This document shows positions 14,037 through 27,457 of a DNA stretch of 64,000 nucleotides, one piece after another. Origin of the DNA: the human T2T-CHM13v2.0 reference genome, Homo sapiens. Both the position numbers and the translations under genes were made by a program. The notes beneath the pieces were generated by a model. That model saw only the letters and a list, made by a program, of their open reading frames with translations. It had not been told where the DNA came from and made no database searches. How positions within the stretch are numbered: position 1 is the first letter of the stretch; each line of letters begins with the position of its first letter. The stretch lies in the NCBI RefSeq assembly GCF_009914755.1, contig NC_060929.1. One strand, given 5' to 3'.

Positions 14037-14414
14037 TGTAATGAGCTGAGTTGTATCCCTGCCAAACTCATGTTGAAGCCCTAAGCCCCAATGTAGCAGT
14101 ATTTGGAGATAGGGTCTTTAAACAGGTAATTAAGGTTAAATGAGGTCATAAGGGTGGGGCCCAAATTTAACAGGACTGGTGTCCTTACAAGAAGAGAAAG
14201 AGACGCCAGAAGTATGCATGCACAGAGGAGAGGCCACGTGAGGACTCAGCAGGAAGGCAGCCATCTGCAAGCTGGAAAGAAAGTCCTTACCAGTAAACAA
14301 CACTGTTGGGACCTGGGTCTTGGGCTTCAGCTTACAGAACTGTGAGAAAAATTTCTGTTGTTTAAGCCACCCAGTCTGTGGTATTTTGTATAGCAGCACT
14401 AGCAAAGTAATATA
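14037..14414 (+). mobile_element. MLT1A/B-type MaLR solo LTR
   Basis: 'gtatttggagatagggtctttaa...gaaggcagccatctgcaag...tttaagccacccagtctgtggtattttgt'; TSD gatcc/ggtcc. Confidence 0.9.
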
Positions 14415-14984
14415 GGTCCCTAGCAGATAGCCAGCCATTCTATGAACTGTGGATATTACCAATATTTTTTCCATGCTTGCCTCCACTCAAGCAAATATTA
14501 CCTTTCATCTAGGCCCAAGTAAGTACTTCTTTTCTCAGGAACATTTTCTTTCTATTCTGTCCTCATATAACTTGGATTTTTGTAGGATTTATACTTTCTA
14601 GCATGCAATTTGGCTGTCAAGTATACATTGTCAGGTATTTCCCTATAATTTCAATACTACTTTTTGTCCCTTAAATATGTAAAAGATAAGCTTTTTCAAC
14701 CCTCTCTCATTTCTATCAGGCAGTAGGCTTACATTTCATAATAATACCTAATGCCATTATAGTGTTTTATTATTTTAAAGACATTTCACAGACCTCTTTT
14801 TAAGAACTTTCATAGACCTCTGTTTGAGTCATGCCAGCATCTTCACTCACTTGATAGATATAACTGATTTTAGGTAAGGGTAAACTGAGGCACAGAACTA
14901 GCATTTGAGGAAGGTCTTGGAGTTCCGGCATTGGTCTGCCTGACCCCACTCTAGCTGTGCTTCTGTCTTTTTACAACACGTCAC

Positions 14985-16345
14985 TGACCACATTGGACCT
15001 TACCTGAGCCCTGTGCTCCTAGAAAACAGGAACAATTAAGAAATCCTCCCACCCACTCGTTTGTGCTCTGGGAAACATCTTACTGCAAACATGTAACTTA
15101 GATAAGACTCCTCATAATCCCCTTGTTTATCTGCAACAAGGCCATACATACACCCTCCAAATGCTCATTCTTTACTTCATAAATGATTAGCTGACCTGTT
15201 TGTTTTCACTGACCAATCTGGATAAGATGCCAGCTAAAGTGACTTCACCAAACTTTAATCTGGCTTCTTCTCTTCCTACAGTCCCTGACCTTTGATCCAC
15301 CTTCAGCTGCAGCCAGCCTTGGAATGTGGACCAACCCCTCCTGAATAACCTCTTCTGAAAACCTGCGGATTGCAAGATTCTGTCAACTGTCTGATCACAA
15401 AGCCTGCCTATCCCATTCTCCTGTGCTGAGTTCTTTCTAGCTTTGTTTACTCCTCCCTACAAAAGAAAATTCCCCCTTTTCTGCCTAACCTTTGAGACTT
15501 TTGCAAATCTTTAGTTGGAGCTTTCTCCCTGTTGCAGTAGTTTTCTTCCCCCATTGCAATAGTCCTTTTTTAAACAAATTTCATTTTTGAGTGTGGTAAA
15601 ATAAACATAATATTTACCATCTTAATAATTTTGAAGTATGCAGTTCAGTAGTATTTATATTTACATTGTCTTGCAATCCAGAACTTTTTTATCTTGCAAA
15701 ACTGAAGCTCGATTAAACAATAATTCCCCATTTCCTCCCCTATCCCAGCCCCTGGTGACTGCCATTTTACTTTCTGTCTCTATGATTTTGACTACTCTAT
15801 GTATCTCATATAAATGGAATCATACAGTATTTGTCTTTCTGTGACTGACTTATTTCACTTAGCATAATGTCCTCAAAGTTCAATCATGTTATAGCATGTG
15901 CCAGAATTTGCTTCCTTTTAAAGTCTAAATAATATTTCATTGTATGAATATATCAGATTTTGTTTATCCATTCATCAGATGATGGGCACTTGTGTTGCTT
16001 TCACCTTTTGGCTATTGTGAATAATGCTACTATAAACAGAAATGTGTAAATATCTCTTTAAGACTCCGCTTTCAATTCTTTTTGATATATACCCAGAAGT
16101 GGAATTGCTGGATTATATGATAATTTTACTTTTAATTTTTTGAGAAACTATGTTTTGCATAGTGGCTGTACCACTTAACATTCCTATCAATAGTGCAGAA
16201 ATATTCCAATTTTGTCACAGCCTTGCCAACTCTTGTTATTTATTTAATTATTTATTTTGATAATAGTCATCCTAATGGGTATGAGAGGTTGCAGTCTTTT
16301 GAATTAAGTGTCTCTTTACCTGAGTCTACATTTATTTTTTTGATA
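14985..16345 (+). mobile_element. ERV1 solo LTR (MER31/MER67-like), split by L1MB
   Basis: starts 'tgaccacattggaccttacctgagccctgtgctcc'; LTR 3' part resumes after 16288; 4-bp flanks tcac/ttac. Confidence 0.65.
15566..16288 (-). mobile_element. L1MB-type 3' end
   Basis: 'ttttgactactcta...ggaatcatacagtatttgtc...tttcacttagcataatgtcctc...atacccagaagtggaattgctgga'; degenerate TSD ttgca(ata)gtc(c)tttt. Confidence 0.88.
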
Positions 16346-17392
16346 TTACTTTTGAAAATACAACCAAAGATTATTCAGAATAATATGAGAGGAATCTTAA
16401 AGCTTTAACTAAAATTTACTGTGTTGTATGCATTTTTTTGTTACATATTTACCTCTTTTTCCTTGTAATGCTCAACATAAAAAATTTTGGAATATACAGA
16501 AAAGCATGAAGAAGCAGTAAAAAAAAAAATCACTTATCTTGTTAGCAATTAGAGGCAAACACAATTAACATTTTAACAACCACATTTATGACCTGGCAAT
16601 GTAGAAGAGTATTCAATTTAATAAGCAATTTTTAGCACCTCTTCTATTCTGAGTTCTAAAGTTTACAGTGAATATTTATGCAAAGTAGTTAGAAAGGGGT
16701 AAGGAGGCGAAGGCCTTGAATGTTTTTCCCATACCCTTAAAGACATTTAACTCTTTAAAATTGGAGTGACTTAAATGAGTAGAGTGGCCTAAACAAAATA
16801 TTGGGTTTTAACATTCAAAAGCTTTCTTTTGTCACTGAATCAATTGTCTTCACTTTGCTTCCAGATGTCTGAATTTAGATCCATATTCCACAATTCAACA
16901 AATAATATTTGATTTTTGCCTTTTCATTTTATATTACGTTTAACAAATCCTTGAAATGCCAAAAGTGTTATGAATAACCCTCCTTCCTGCCCCCTCTGCA
17001 TACACTCCAAAATAGAAAATCAAGTCTACATTATATTTTTCTTCATTACTAGAGTCTTTTGACTTTATTCTGCCCATTTGGGTTTATATAAATTAACTCA
17101 GCAGTGTTTCTGTCCCAAGCAGGCACTATTGCCGGCATTATTGCCACTATTGCCTCTCCTCAATTTTGAAAGGCTCTGAATTCTGTAAAGTCATTAACGA
17201 TTTTAGAGGCAGTGCTCTGGTGAGAAAGGACATAGAAATCATTATAAAAGTTTCTCTGAGCATATCTAACCATTCAACATGCTGCTGAGACTGAAAGGTC
17301 AAACAAAATATAGGGCATCTTCAAAGGATATCCTGAAAACAAGATGTAAACTTTCTCTTTCTTCTATGCATTGTGATGTACTGTACTGGAAG

Positions 17393-17886
17393 TGTATTAG
17401 TCAGAGCTCTTCAGAGAAATACGATCCATAGGAAATTATGTAATATGTAATATATATGTAACATATGTGTAATGTGTGTGTACATATATAATGCATGTGT
17501 AATATACATATATACATATAGTAATATATAAATACACATATGTAATATACATATGTAATATGTAATGTGTGTGTATGTATATGTACAAACATGTTATATA
17601 TACATATATACACATATATTATGTATATTTTGTGTGTATTTAATATACATGTATTAATATATTACTATCATATACAGTATGTATATTATATGTATATATG
17701 TATATACAAATATAATTAATATATAAACACTTATAAATATTCACATATAATATGCATTATGTATATTCTATATGCAATATGTAATGTGTATGTAATATGT
17801 AATATGTGTGTGTATATATGTGTGTGTGTGTATATCTAAAAAATAGGAATTGACTAATGTGATTATAGAGGCCAAGAAGTCCCAAC
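17393..17886 (-). mobile_element. MLT2 LTR fragment containing an expanded TA/TG-rich tract
   Basis: 'tgtattagtcagagctcttcagagaaa' ... 'ggaattgactaatgtgattatagaggccaagaagtccca'. Confidence 0.75.
17445..17835. repeat. degenerate (TA)n/(TATG)n/(TG)n low-complexity tract, about 390 bp
   Basis: direct reading. Confidence 0.93.
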
Positions 17887-19858
17887 TGAATTTGAAGTTG
17901 GCATATGTTAGAATCTAGGCTGCACACTGATAAACTGAAACCATAGTGCATTTTCTTTTTTTCTATTTTTTTTTTGTGCTACCATCTGCCTATAGATAAT
18001 ACTATATTTACTTCCTCATGGCCTATGGCTTTTAACACCAATGTGAAAGTACATTGTAATATGTGCTTTTGTTTGAGGAAAGATTTTGCACGTGAGTTGA
18101 TTCTTGAATTGTACATTTTTCTAGCCTTCACATATAGCCTAGTTGTAGGCATTTGCTTGGGTTTATTAAGCTTCACAGGAGTAGGGCTGCTGCTGTGATA
18201 AACTTATATTTTCTGTTGACTCTCTAGAACTTGAGGAAATGGGTCATGGAAGATTTGGGGTTAGAAAAGTCACAGTTCTTGGAAAGCTGAAGGAGCATAT
18301 CATTTCTGGCAGATGTTTTTGCCTTTATCTGCTGAAGGTAGATTCCGTTTTTTAGTTAGGTACATAGGCTAAATGTTTCTGGATGGAATGGAGCAGAATA
18401 AGAAGTACAAGGACCTGGGGGAAGATATTTGCTTTCATATATATTTTAAGATTTTCATTTCCTGTGGATCAATAGAGGAGAAGTTTACTTTAGAAAAAAA
18501 TTAAACTGATAATGTGAAGAATTTCATGTTATTAAAATTTCAGGCATTTTGGAAAATATAAAATTTGAACATTTATATTATTGAGGTTGTATTTTCTGAA
18601 TCATCTTCATGCCTGGTCCTTATCAATTAACCCTTTTACATGTGGAAATGGGATAGAGTCATGTCTCAGACTGTGTACAGTATGGCTTTTGGATAAATAT
18701 AATTAAAGTTTAGTCCTGACTCATTCGATAGGCTTCTAAGACAATACGAAAACATATTTTTAAACCAAGAGGAGTTCTACTTTATTTCATTGATTCGAGC
18801 AGATACACAGTATCAGTGTCAAGATTTAGAAAAATCAGGCATAGCTTTTTGATTGACCATCCCCCCATCCCCCTACACAAACACTGGGGCTTACAGGAAA
18901 AAGAACAAAATGTGGTGCATTATTAGCCTTAATGCTCCCCTTTCATACTTTTTTTCCACGGATGTGTCAAAATTATAAATAAGGACATGTAGAAGGTAGA
19001 GTTTTTGGCAAGGAACTGAGTAAAATGGTCAAGACTTGGGTTTCTGCCTGACATGTCATAGTATTTTTTGCCTGCCTTCTTTTGCAATAAGATCCTAGTT
19101 GTCCGTAGATTACTGTTCTTTCTGTGTGGTCTGGATGAAACAATCACTGAAGATGCCCCAGTCCTCTCTACAATGATGGGTAGGGACTCAAGCAAGACCA
19201 ACAGAGTCCTTCCTGGGAGTTTGATTTTAGAAGACTTGTACTCCTTTTCCTTCATCACTAAGACATACACGGTTTCAATGACTATGGACCCACTTATTGA
19301 GAAGTGTTATTAAATAGATTTTTTAAAATTCAGAAAGGGTGATTCCAAGGTAGAAAATTGTTGGAGCTGAGCCATTTTGAGGCCAGAGGCCTCATAAAGA
19401 GACCCTCCCTGGGATGCTGCTCCCCATACCCTCAGAGCTGTTCTAGTTCTTGCCTTTCCTTAGGATTCTGTGAAGCACTTCATTTGCTTCCTGTTGTGGT
19501 TATGCTAGTCAGAGTATGTTCTCGTGCATGTGATGTAAGCCCCAACTAACTGATATGCTCGTGATGTCTCTGTTTGAGTTGACTTTCTCTGGATCAACTT
19601 CAGTTTGCTCTCTGCTCTTCTCATGTCTATGGAGTGGCACACCTTCCTTGGAGAGGGCTGTGGAAAGGGGCTGAGGAGGCTTCTTTGGTTGATTTTAGTG
19701 CAGGCTTTGGGCTAGAGGCACCAAAAGAGTCTCTTGACCATCACATAATCCAGTCTTGTTTATCAGGGCTAGAGGTTCTTGATGGAACTTCAGACAAATC
19801 CATATAACAACCAAAAATGAGCTTTTGCCTCCCTTGTTTTCTTTGCATATATCTTGCT

Positions 19859-20951
19859 TGTTATGGACTGAATTGTGTCCCCCCAAATTCACATGATGAA
19901 ACTCTATCCACCAAACTGATGAAATTTGAAGATAGAGCCTTTGGGAGATAATTAGATTTAGAAATGAGGTCACAAGGGTGGGGTTGTAACCGAGTATCCC
20001 CGTTTTTCTAGGAGGTAGTTTAATTTTTTAAATTATTTTCTCTTCTTTTCTCTTTTCTTCTTTTCCCCTCTTCTCCCTACCCCCTTCTTTCTACTTAGCC
20101 CTTTAGAAATGTAAATATAACTTTCACCTCCCCCTCATCAGACATTCCCTACAGGGCAAGTTCATTTAACTATGTGCTCCAAGATTTAACTATGTGCTCC
20201 TGGAGAGCTGACACTTGGTTTGCAGACCAAAGTATGCCCCATGGAACTCTCACCTCCAGGGGACTGCCTGTGAACTTTCACCCTCCAATGGGAGTGGGGG
20301 GTGATCTCCTCGGAACTCACACCTGCCAGGAGGCCATGTCAAAAGCATGCCAACTTGACCACTTTTACAACTTACTTCTGCCCAGGAAGGTGCCAACTCA
20401 ACTGCTTGGTAGATAAGGCACCAAGCTAGCAGGAAGACCCCCATCCTTGCTTACTCCCTTCCCTACCCCATAGAAGTGCCCGCTTTCTGCTCCAGAAGTG
20501 AAGTGGCACATTTAAAGGCAGGACGATTTGTGCCCCTTTCCCCAAGCTAGCTTTTGAATAAATTCACTTTATTTTTGGATTTTTGGACCAGACCTCGCTC
20601 TTGTTAATTGGACTCTGCAAGTGGTGAGCAACTAACCTGCTTTTCAGTTACAGGGTCTTTTTGTTGGAATTAGTGCCCTCCTAAGAAGAGACAACAGAGA
20701 GCTTGTTCTCTTTCTCCCCAGGGACATGCACCAAGGAAAAGCCAAGTGAGCACACAGTGGGATGGCAGCTGTCTGCAGCCTCCCTGGAAGAGGATCCTCT
20801 GCAGCCTTCCTGGAAGAGGATCCTCACAAGAACCCACCATGTTGGCACCCTGACCTTGGACTTCCAGTCTCCAGAATTATGAGAAAATAAACATCTGTTG
20901 TTTAAGCCACTCAGTCTGTAGTGTTTGGTTATGGCATCCCAAGGTAAGACA
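19859..20951 (+). mobile_element. MLT1A-type MaLR LTR, split by ERV1 LTR
   Basis: 'tgttatggactgaattgtgtcccccc...' to '...ttatggcatcccaaggtaagaca'; halves join across the gggt duplication. Confidence 0.88.
19985..20652 (+). mobile_element. ERV1 (MER4-group, possibly LTR39-like) solo LTR, 668 bp
   Basis: TG...CA termini with inverted ends tgtaaccga/tcagttaca, perfect 4-bp TSD gggt, AATAAA near 20557. Confidence 0.85.
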
Positions 20952-21469
20952 TTATTCATGAACTTCTAGTAGGGCTAGGTGGCAGTTGAGGGAGAAGAAT
21001 TCTAATCAAATGTCACTAGAGAAATGACTGAATAAATCCACTATCTTGAGTTATTTTCCAAAACTTGATGAGATGGGGAAGTACATATCATTGCCAACCT
21101 ACAGCTGCATAAGCTGTAGGTCAGAATCTATATGGTATGACTGCATCAGGATAGAACTCAGGCAACTTAGTCCAGAACTCTATGTCTTCTGCATTCTTGA
21201 GGCCACTTCACATGTTTTGATTGAATGTGGGCAGAGAAGCTGTTCTAGAGATTTTAAGAGTAGGCTAGCTGTTGGGAAGGAATTGTTTGTCAAGTGTCCC
21301 TAGTCCCTGCTCTCACATACTGTAAATAACCCACTCATATTGTTCTAAGTCATTCCTTGCAAGTTTTAGGTTGAGCCATATTGCAATGCTGTCTGGTAGG
21401 TGAAAAACTGTCAAATATCAGCTATTTTATGTGATCCAACCAACACCATTGAGAGATGGAGCCCATCCC

Positions 21470-21920
21470 TCACTACTCCCCTTTCTCAGCTACACTGTTC
21501 TGTTTGCTGTGCTTCACCCGGGAATGTTCTTGCCTCAGGGCCTTTGAACTATTGTTGTTTCTATCTTGACTGGCCTTCTTTTAGATATCCACTCCCATCC
21601 TCACTTCAGAAGTTTTATGGAAACATTACCTTCTTCAAGAGGTCTTCCTTCACTATCCAGTCTAAAATTTCCATCCCTTATCCTGGCAAAACACTTTTTG
21701 TGAAACTAAATTCTCTGCTTTATTGTTTTCTCTTTAGAATTCACCACTATTTTACGTAGATAATTATTTATTTTTATGTATTGAGTGTCTTCACTAGTAT
21801 AAGGTGAACCCCAAGAGAGCAGCGATTTTAGGTTGCTTTATTCACTGCTGTATCTCCAGCATCTAAAATAGTGCGCGACACATAGTAGGCGTTCAGTAAT
21901 ATATATTGGATAAATAAGTG
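21470..21920 (+). mobile_element. L2a 3' end
   Basis: 'gcctcagggcctttgaact...ttcactgctgtatctccagcatctaaaatagtgcgcgacacatagtaggcgttcagtaa'. Confidence 0.85.
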
Positions 21921-23302
21921 TGGACTGACTGGTGGTAGCCATAAATCCATGGCCCCAGATCTTTGAGAACACCACACCAGTGATGTCCACTTTGGTGGCA
22001 TGTAAGGATTGTGGAGGTCTCTGTAGGTATGGAACAGACCAAGGAGACAGGATTGATGCCCATTCCTTTCTTGTATAAAGAGGACAGCTCAGCTTTTTTC
22101 TCCCTTATATGTTGGGTTTCAGGTGAGATTTCATTAGGAAAATGGTTTGTGGACATTTCAAAACCTACTGATATGGGATAACAGAAAAGTTTACAATTGA
22201 TCATGTAGTTCTGAGCCTAAAATATTGTGAATAATCAATGTTTCTTCACCACTCCACAAGGAGAATGTAAGGGATGGGGTATGGGAGTCAGCCACAAAAT
22301 CTCCAAATTCAATGATCTTCATATTTGAGAGATTTTAAAAATTGTTCATAAAATGTAAAAGCTATTATATTTAAACAAATTGTTCAAAACTCCCTCTTCT
22401 TCATCCCCAGATATATTATTCTATATTAACTGTCAATGTGATTGAAAATTCTTAATGGGGAAAGGGGCCAGCAGTGTTATCTATTATATATTTCTTTTTT
22501 GTTTGAAAATTGACAAGTGCTAGACTGGCCAGAAGCAAAGTTAAATGGGCATTAAGAATAACAGTTTGTAGTCCACATTCTCCCAATTTTGTATATACTC
22601 AACACATTTTAAAATACACAATGACATGTGTATTACATGTTAAGGCCATGATATAAAGACATTAGAAGAATCTGTGTGAAAGCAAGAGGGTGAGCCATGT
22701 ACAAAAAATAATCAAACTATATCTGTCTCTATTTGTTCTCTCAGTAACGTGGCCCAGAACCCTGCCTCATAGCCGCCTGTGGTAATCTCACAAACTGATT
22801 TTACACCGGAGGCAATAACAGCCAGAGATCTGCAGGGTCACACAGCTAAACGCTTAGCAGAGTGAGGATTAGAAAATGGATCATCGAATGCCACCCAATC
22901 CCTCTTTTTCCTGTGGTACATTACTTCCCTCTTAAAAATCATTCACAATGAGCACAAATACTTTATATGTTAATACAGAGCTCTACTTTAGCGAAAATGT
23001 ATACATAGAAAATATATAATTCAAATTTTAACCACCCTATCTTGACTGCGAATAGAAAAGGAACATGTTAACTGAAATAAACATAAGTTGAATATTAACA
23101 ATGATGAATAGAAGAAATATCATTTATCATACAACTGAAAACATGAAAGACACCAGGAGAAAATAGATGGGACTGGAAAAAAGAAAAGAAATTCATGTGA
23201 CAGTTACAGGAGAGTGAATGAAATTCTAGTGAGTAAGGACGAAAACATCCATTAGGAAGGTGAGGAGAGCTTAAGGGCCCAGTGACCATGTAGAATGCAG
23301 AT

Positions 23303-23413
23303 GATGGGTGATGGGTGCAGCAAACCACCATGGCATGTGTTTACCTATGTAACAAATCTGCACATTCTGCACATGTATCCCAGAACTTAAAGTACATATT
23401 AAAAAAAAAAAAA
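23303..23413 (+). mobile_element. short older L1PA (PA8-13-like) 3' end
   Basis: 'gatgggtgcagcaaaccaccatggc...catgtatcccagaacttaaag'+A tail; TSD atgtagaatgcagat / atgtaaaatgcagct. Confidence 0.92.
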
Positions 23414-23716
23414 GAATGTAAAATGCAGCTGTTGTAGTGAAATGAGCTCCTTGGTATAGCTTTTTCTTGCCCTTACATCATCTCTGTTAAACAAACATAA
23501 TGGTTCTTAAACTGTTTTTGTTGAGAGGCCTTTTGAAAATCTAGTTAAAATTATAGACTTTCTCCCAGAAAAAAGCCCGTTGGCATAATGTCTTTAAGGA
23601 CCACTAACCGGTGTGCAAAGGTAACTTTCCCATTTACCTGTAACTGAATTTAATCTCTATTGCAAGCCTGCATTCTGGCTGATAGTAGGACCTTATCCAG
23701 CTACTGCTAAAAAACT

Positions 23717-23803
23717 ATCCCTTTAGTGACTTCTCTACGATTTGGGATTTAAAATAACAAATCCTTTAGTGACTTCTCTATGATTCAGGATTTAAAATAA
23801 CAA
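23717..23803. repeat. 43-44 bp tandem duplication, diverged
   Basis: atc(c)ctttagtgacttctcta(c/t)gatt..ggatttaaaataacaa x2. Confidence 0.93.
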
Positions 23804-25159
23804 ATAATGGTATTTTCTCTCCTCTTTCTCCTTCTGGGGGTTACTTCTAAAGTCTGGGGTTCTGCTTGAGCTTGATCTGCTCAGAGCTGGTATCTGCTGA
23901 GATGTACAGTGGCATGTTGGGGCTTCTGCTCATTGGTGCCCATCCGTACTTGCTTTCCTCACCAAGACAGATGTGTCCCCATCTTGCTCCAGTTACAGGA
24001 CCCCTGCTGCATTTGATGCTGAGTCCTTTAGTCCTGACTACTGGATTCCTTCCTGCTATATATATATTTTATATGTAAAAATTATATATATGTATAACAT
24101 ATGTGTATATGTAAAATATAATATTTTAAATAGTTTATATATATTATTTTCAAATATCTGTGTTTATTTGAGATGGTTTATTGGTAGTAGCTAGATTAGG
24201 TTCTAGTATCAGAATGCAGGCTTGAGATAGAGATTAAATTCAGTTATAGATAAGTAAGGCAAGTTACATTTTGCAAACTAGTGATCAATATATACATATA
24301 CAGATATTTAAAAATCATGAAAAAATATATATGTGTATGTATATATATAGACATTTGAAAATTATAAATTTACCTTAGTTACTTCAAAGTAAATTTAATA
24401 CCATGAAATTCTTCATGTAACATATGTGTAACTCCCTTCCCCCAGTGAAAATGCTGGTTACCAACAATATCAATCCATTAATTCATTATAAAATCTTAAA
24501 ATACACACAAAATAGTTTTAGAATTACAACAATACCAACACCAAGAGAAAACTACTAAATATGGTAAAATTTATTTGCAATTCTTTTATTATCTTAAATT
24601 ATATCCCACTAAACCTACGTGTGTTCAAATATGCTCCAATTATCTTCTCTATAGTTATCAGTTTTATATGCAGTTAAGATTGTTCGTTTCTGTTAGTAAA
24701 CAATTTTAGAGCTTGAGTTTTTTTCACTCTTTTCATTTAATTTTAGATTTTTGAACATATAAATTGTTAATATGTTTTAAAAGCCCCAACTGTTTACTAT
24801 GTCTACTCTTCTGTCTCACTCACTTCCCCATCCCTTCTTCTCCATCCCCATCTATCCCCTATTGTAAGTCATTTTCATTACTTTTTCATTTACGCTTTCT
24901 AAAATAAGAAAATACATATACCTATTGTTATATCTCCAGAAGGACAATACTTTATGACCAAGCTATTTATCCTGTTTCACTCAAAGTCTCCAAGCTGTCA
25001 AGGAGAAAGGAAATTGGAAGAAGAGAGCTAGGGAGAGGTGTTAGAGGTGTCAGAAGTCCTGCACCTGCCCCACGTCCCAGGAAATGGAACAGAAAGAGCC
25101 ACAGTTTTTCAGGTCCATGAGCCTAGGGAGGCAGGCAGGTTGGGAGATGGTTGGAAGGA

Positions 25160-25280
25160 GTGAGGTTGGACATGAACAGTGGGTGGTTCTTGGGGAGGGG
25201 TATGCAAGTGTTCTCTGTAATTTTTTCAACTTTTTTACAGGTTTGAAAGTTTTCTAGATAACAAATTAATTAAAAAAGGG
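25160..25280 (+). mobile_element. old L1ME-like 3' end
   Basis: 'gggtatgcaagtgttctctgtaattttttcaacttttttacaggtttgaaagtttt'. Confidence 0.5.
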
Positions 25281-25534
25281 AACTTCACACTATGAATTAA
25301 TCGAGACCTGGATAATGTTGTTTTGCACAGAAAAAAGGTGAATGCTTTAAACATAGACATAAGCACCAGTGAGTGGCAGGGACGGAGTGGTACTCAGCCA
25401 CTCCAGCTACACATCTGTCATACTTGTCATTAAATCCATGGTAAGCCACTTGCGGGACCTGCTGGCTTCAGAACCTATCACAGAAAGTCAGGACTGCAAA
25501 TGCACTTGAGCACCCAGCTGTGTCTGTAGATTAA

Positions 25535-25910
<376 letters not shown>

Positions 25911-25947
25911 TATATATAAGCATACTCCTACTCCTTCTATTAGTTAT

Positions 25948-26097
25948 CACCGGGGACTGTTGTGGGGTGGGGGAGGGGGGAGGGATAGCATTAGGAGATA
26001 TGCCTAATGCTAAATGACGAGTTAGTGGGTGCAGCACACCAACGTGGTACATGTATACAAACCTGCACGTTGTGCACATGTATCCTAAAACTTAAAG

Positions 26098-26140
<43 letters not shown>

Positions 26141-26145
26141 TAAAA
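25948..26145 (+). mobile_element. L1PA3-like 3' end with (TAA)n tail, no TSD found
   Basis: 'caccggggactgttgtggggtggggg...gatagcattaggagata...cctaaaacttaaagtataataat'; 9-bp internal deletion. Confidence 0.95.
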
Positions 26146-26901
26146 CTCAAAAGCCAGGAATTCAGAATCTTTTTCTTCTGGTTACTTCTATGGACTCATT
26201 GCTCATCTTACTTACCAATGTGTGGTAATAGTGCTACCAAGTTTTGTCTCACTGGAAGAATTTCTCTGAGGGCAGATAATTGGGTCTCTTTCGTTCGTGC
26301 TACATAAAGCCTAGAACAGTGCCTTGTACTTGGGATGTGTCCAATATACTTGTTGCATAAATGAATGGGGCAGTCCATAAGGAGGGAACCACATTAAAAT
26401 GACACATATTGTGCATCCACACACGCATAGAATTTTGTCTACATTTTAGAGCCACTGCTCCCTGAAGTCCATCCTTAGACTCTAAAGGAAAAATTCCTCT
26501 CTACAATTTTTCCTTTCCTCTCAGTAATTTTTTTTACTGATCCTCCACAGTCTTTATTTCTCTACCACTCCATTGTCACTTGGAAATAGAACCCATAGGC
26601 TTAGCTGAGTGCCTATTTATGTATGCATTTTATTTTTTGGAACATATTTTAAACTCCTTAAGGACAGAAACTACTTCTTGTATATTTTGTTACTCTTTTT
26701 TTCAAACCTACGACCTGATGTAGTCCTTTTTTTTGTGAACATTTGTTAATTTTGGCTCTTCTTGTTTCCATTTCTTCTGCTTCTCTTGGTAATAACATTC
26801 CGTATTCCTTCTGGGAAATTATCTCACCTCCATTTAGTGAAGAACTGTGTATAAGAGAAAGTTGCCCTACCCTCTCTTAGCCAAGTTTGGGGGAGGGGAG
26901 C

Positions 26902-27457
26902 TGTGGAAGGAATAGGTTAATAGCTAGATTGCAGCTGTCCTTAGCATCATAATTAATTGAGGTAAGATAGACCATTTTCAACTTCCTTAAAACACCGGCT
27001 TAAGAAATTTATTCATTGCAAATAAATGAGGGTCTTTCTGGGGTTGCTATGAATACATTACTGATCTGTAAATATTCTTTCATACTGCACTTGGTTGTCA
27101 GGATAATTTATTATATAAACTGTAATTTTTGCTTTGTAGCTACACAAAAGGAAGCTAGGATCCCTCTCCCTTTCAGTCCCCCAGAGATAGGTAATTATAA
27201 TAGTAAGGTATTTAAGCTGAGGGGCTGTAGCCCCTGTGGTTTTCTTTCGCTTACGTGATCCACACTCACACCAGTGCTTGTCCCTAGACTAAATTACATC
27301 TCATATGGTGACTGGGACATTGGATACTGTGTCTGTGGTGTCCAAGACCTCCATGCTGCTGATGTAGAATGCTGCTGTCCCTGTTCTTTCTCCTTTCTTA
27401 AGGTTAAGTAAACTTAGTGATAGGTAAGCCTATTGTATCTTACGCATTTGATTGACA
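26902..27457 (+). mobile_element. probable old ERVL-type LTR within an MLT1-like remnant (about 26770-27750)
   Basis: TG...CA ends and LTR-like composition; MLT1-type terminus 'gtttctgttgattacaacgaaagaaccctgactat' near 27750; family not identified. Confidence 0.35.

Noticed and set aside
18929-19313. Overlapping 113-aa and 81-aa ORFs as a possible exon or processed pseudogene
   Set aside because: No family recognised, and no poly(A) or TSD flanks.
24280-24930. Possible ancient L1M fragment
   Set aside because: Too degraded to support boundaries or family by eye.
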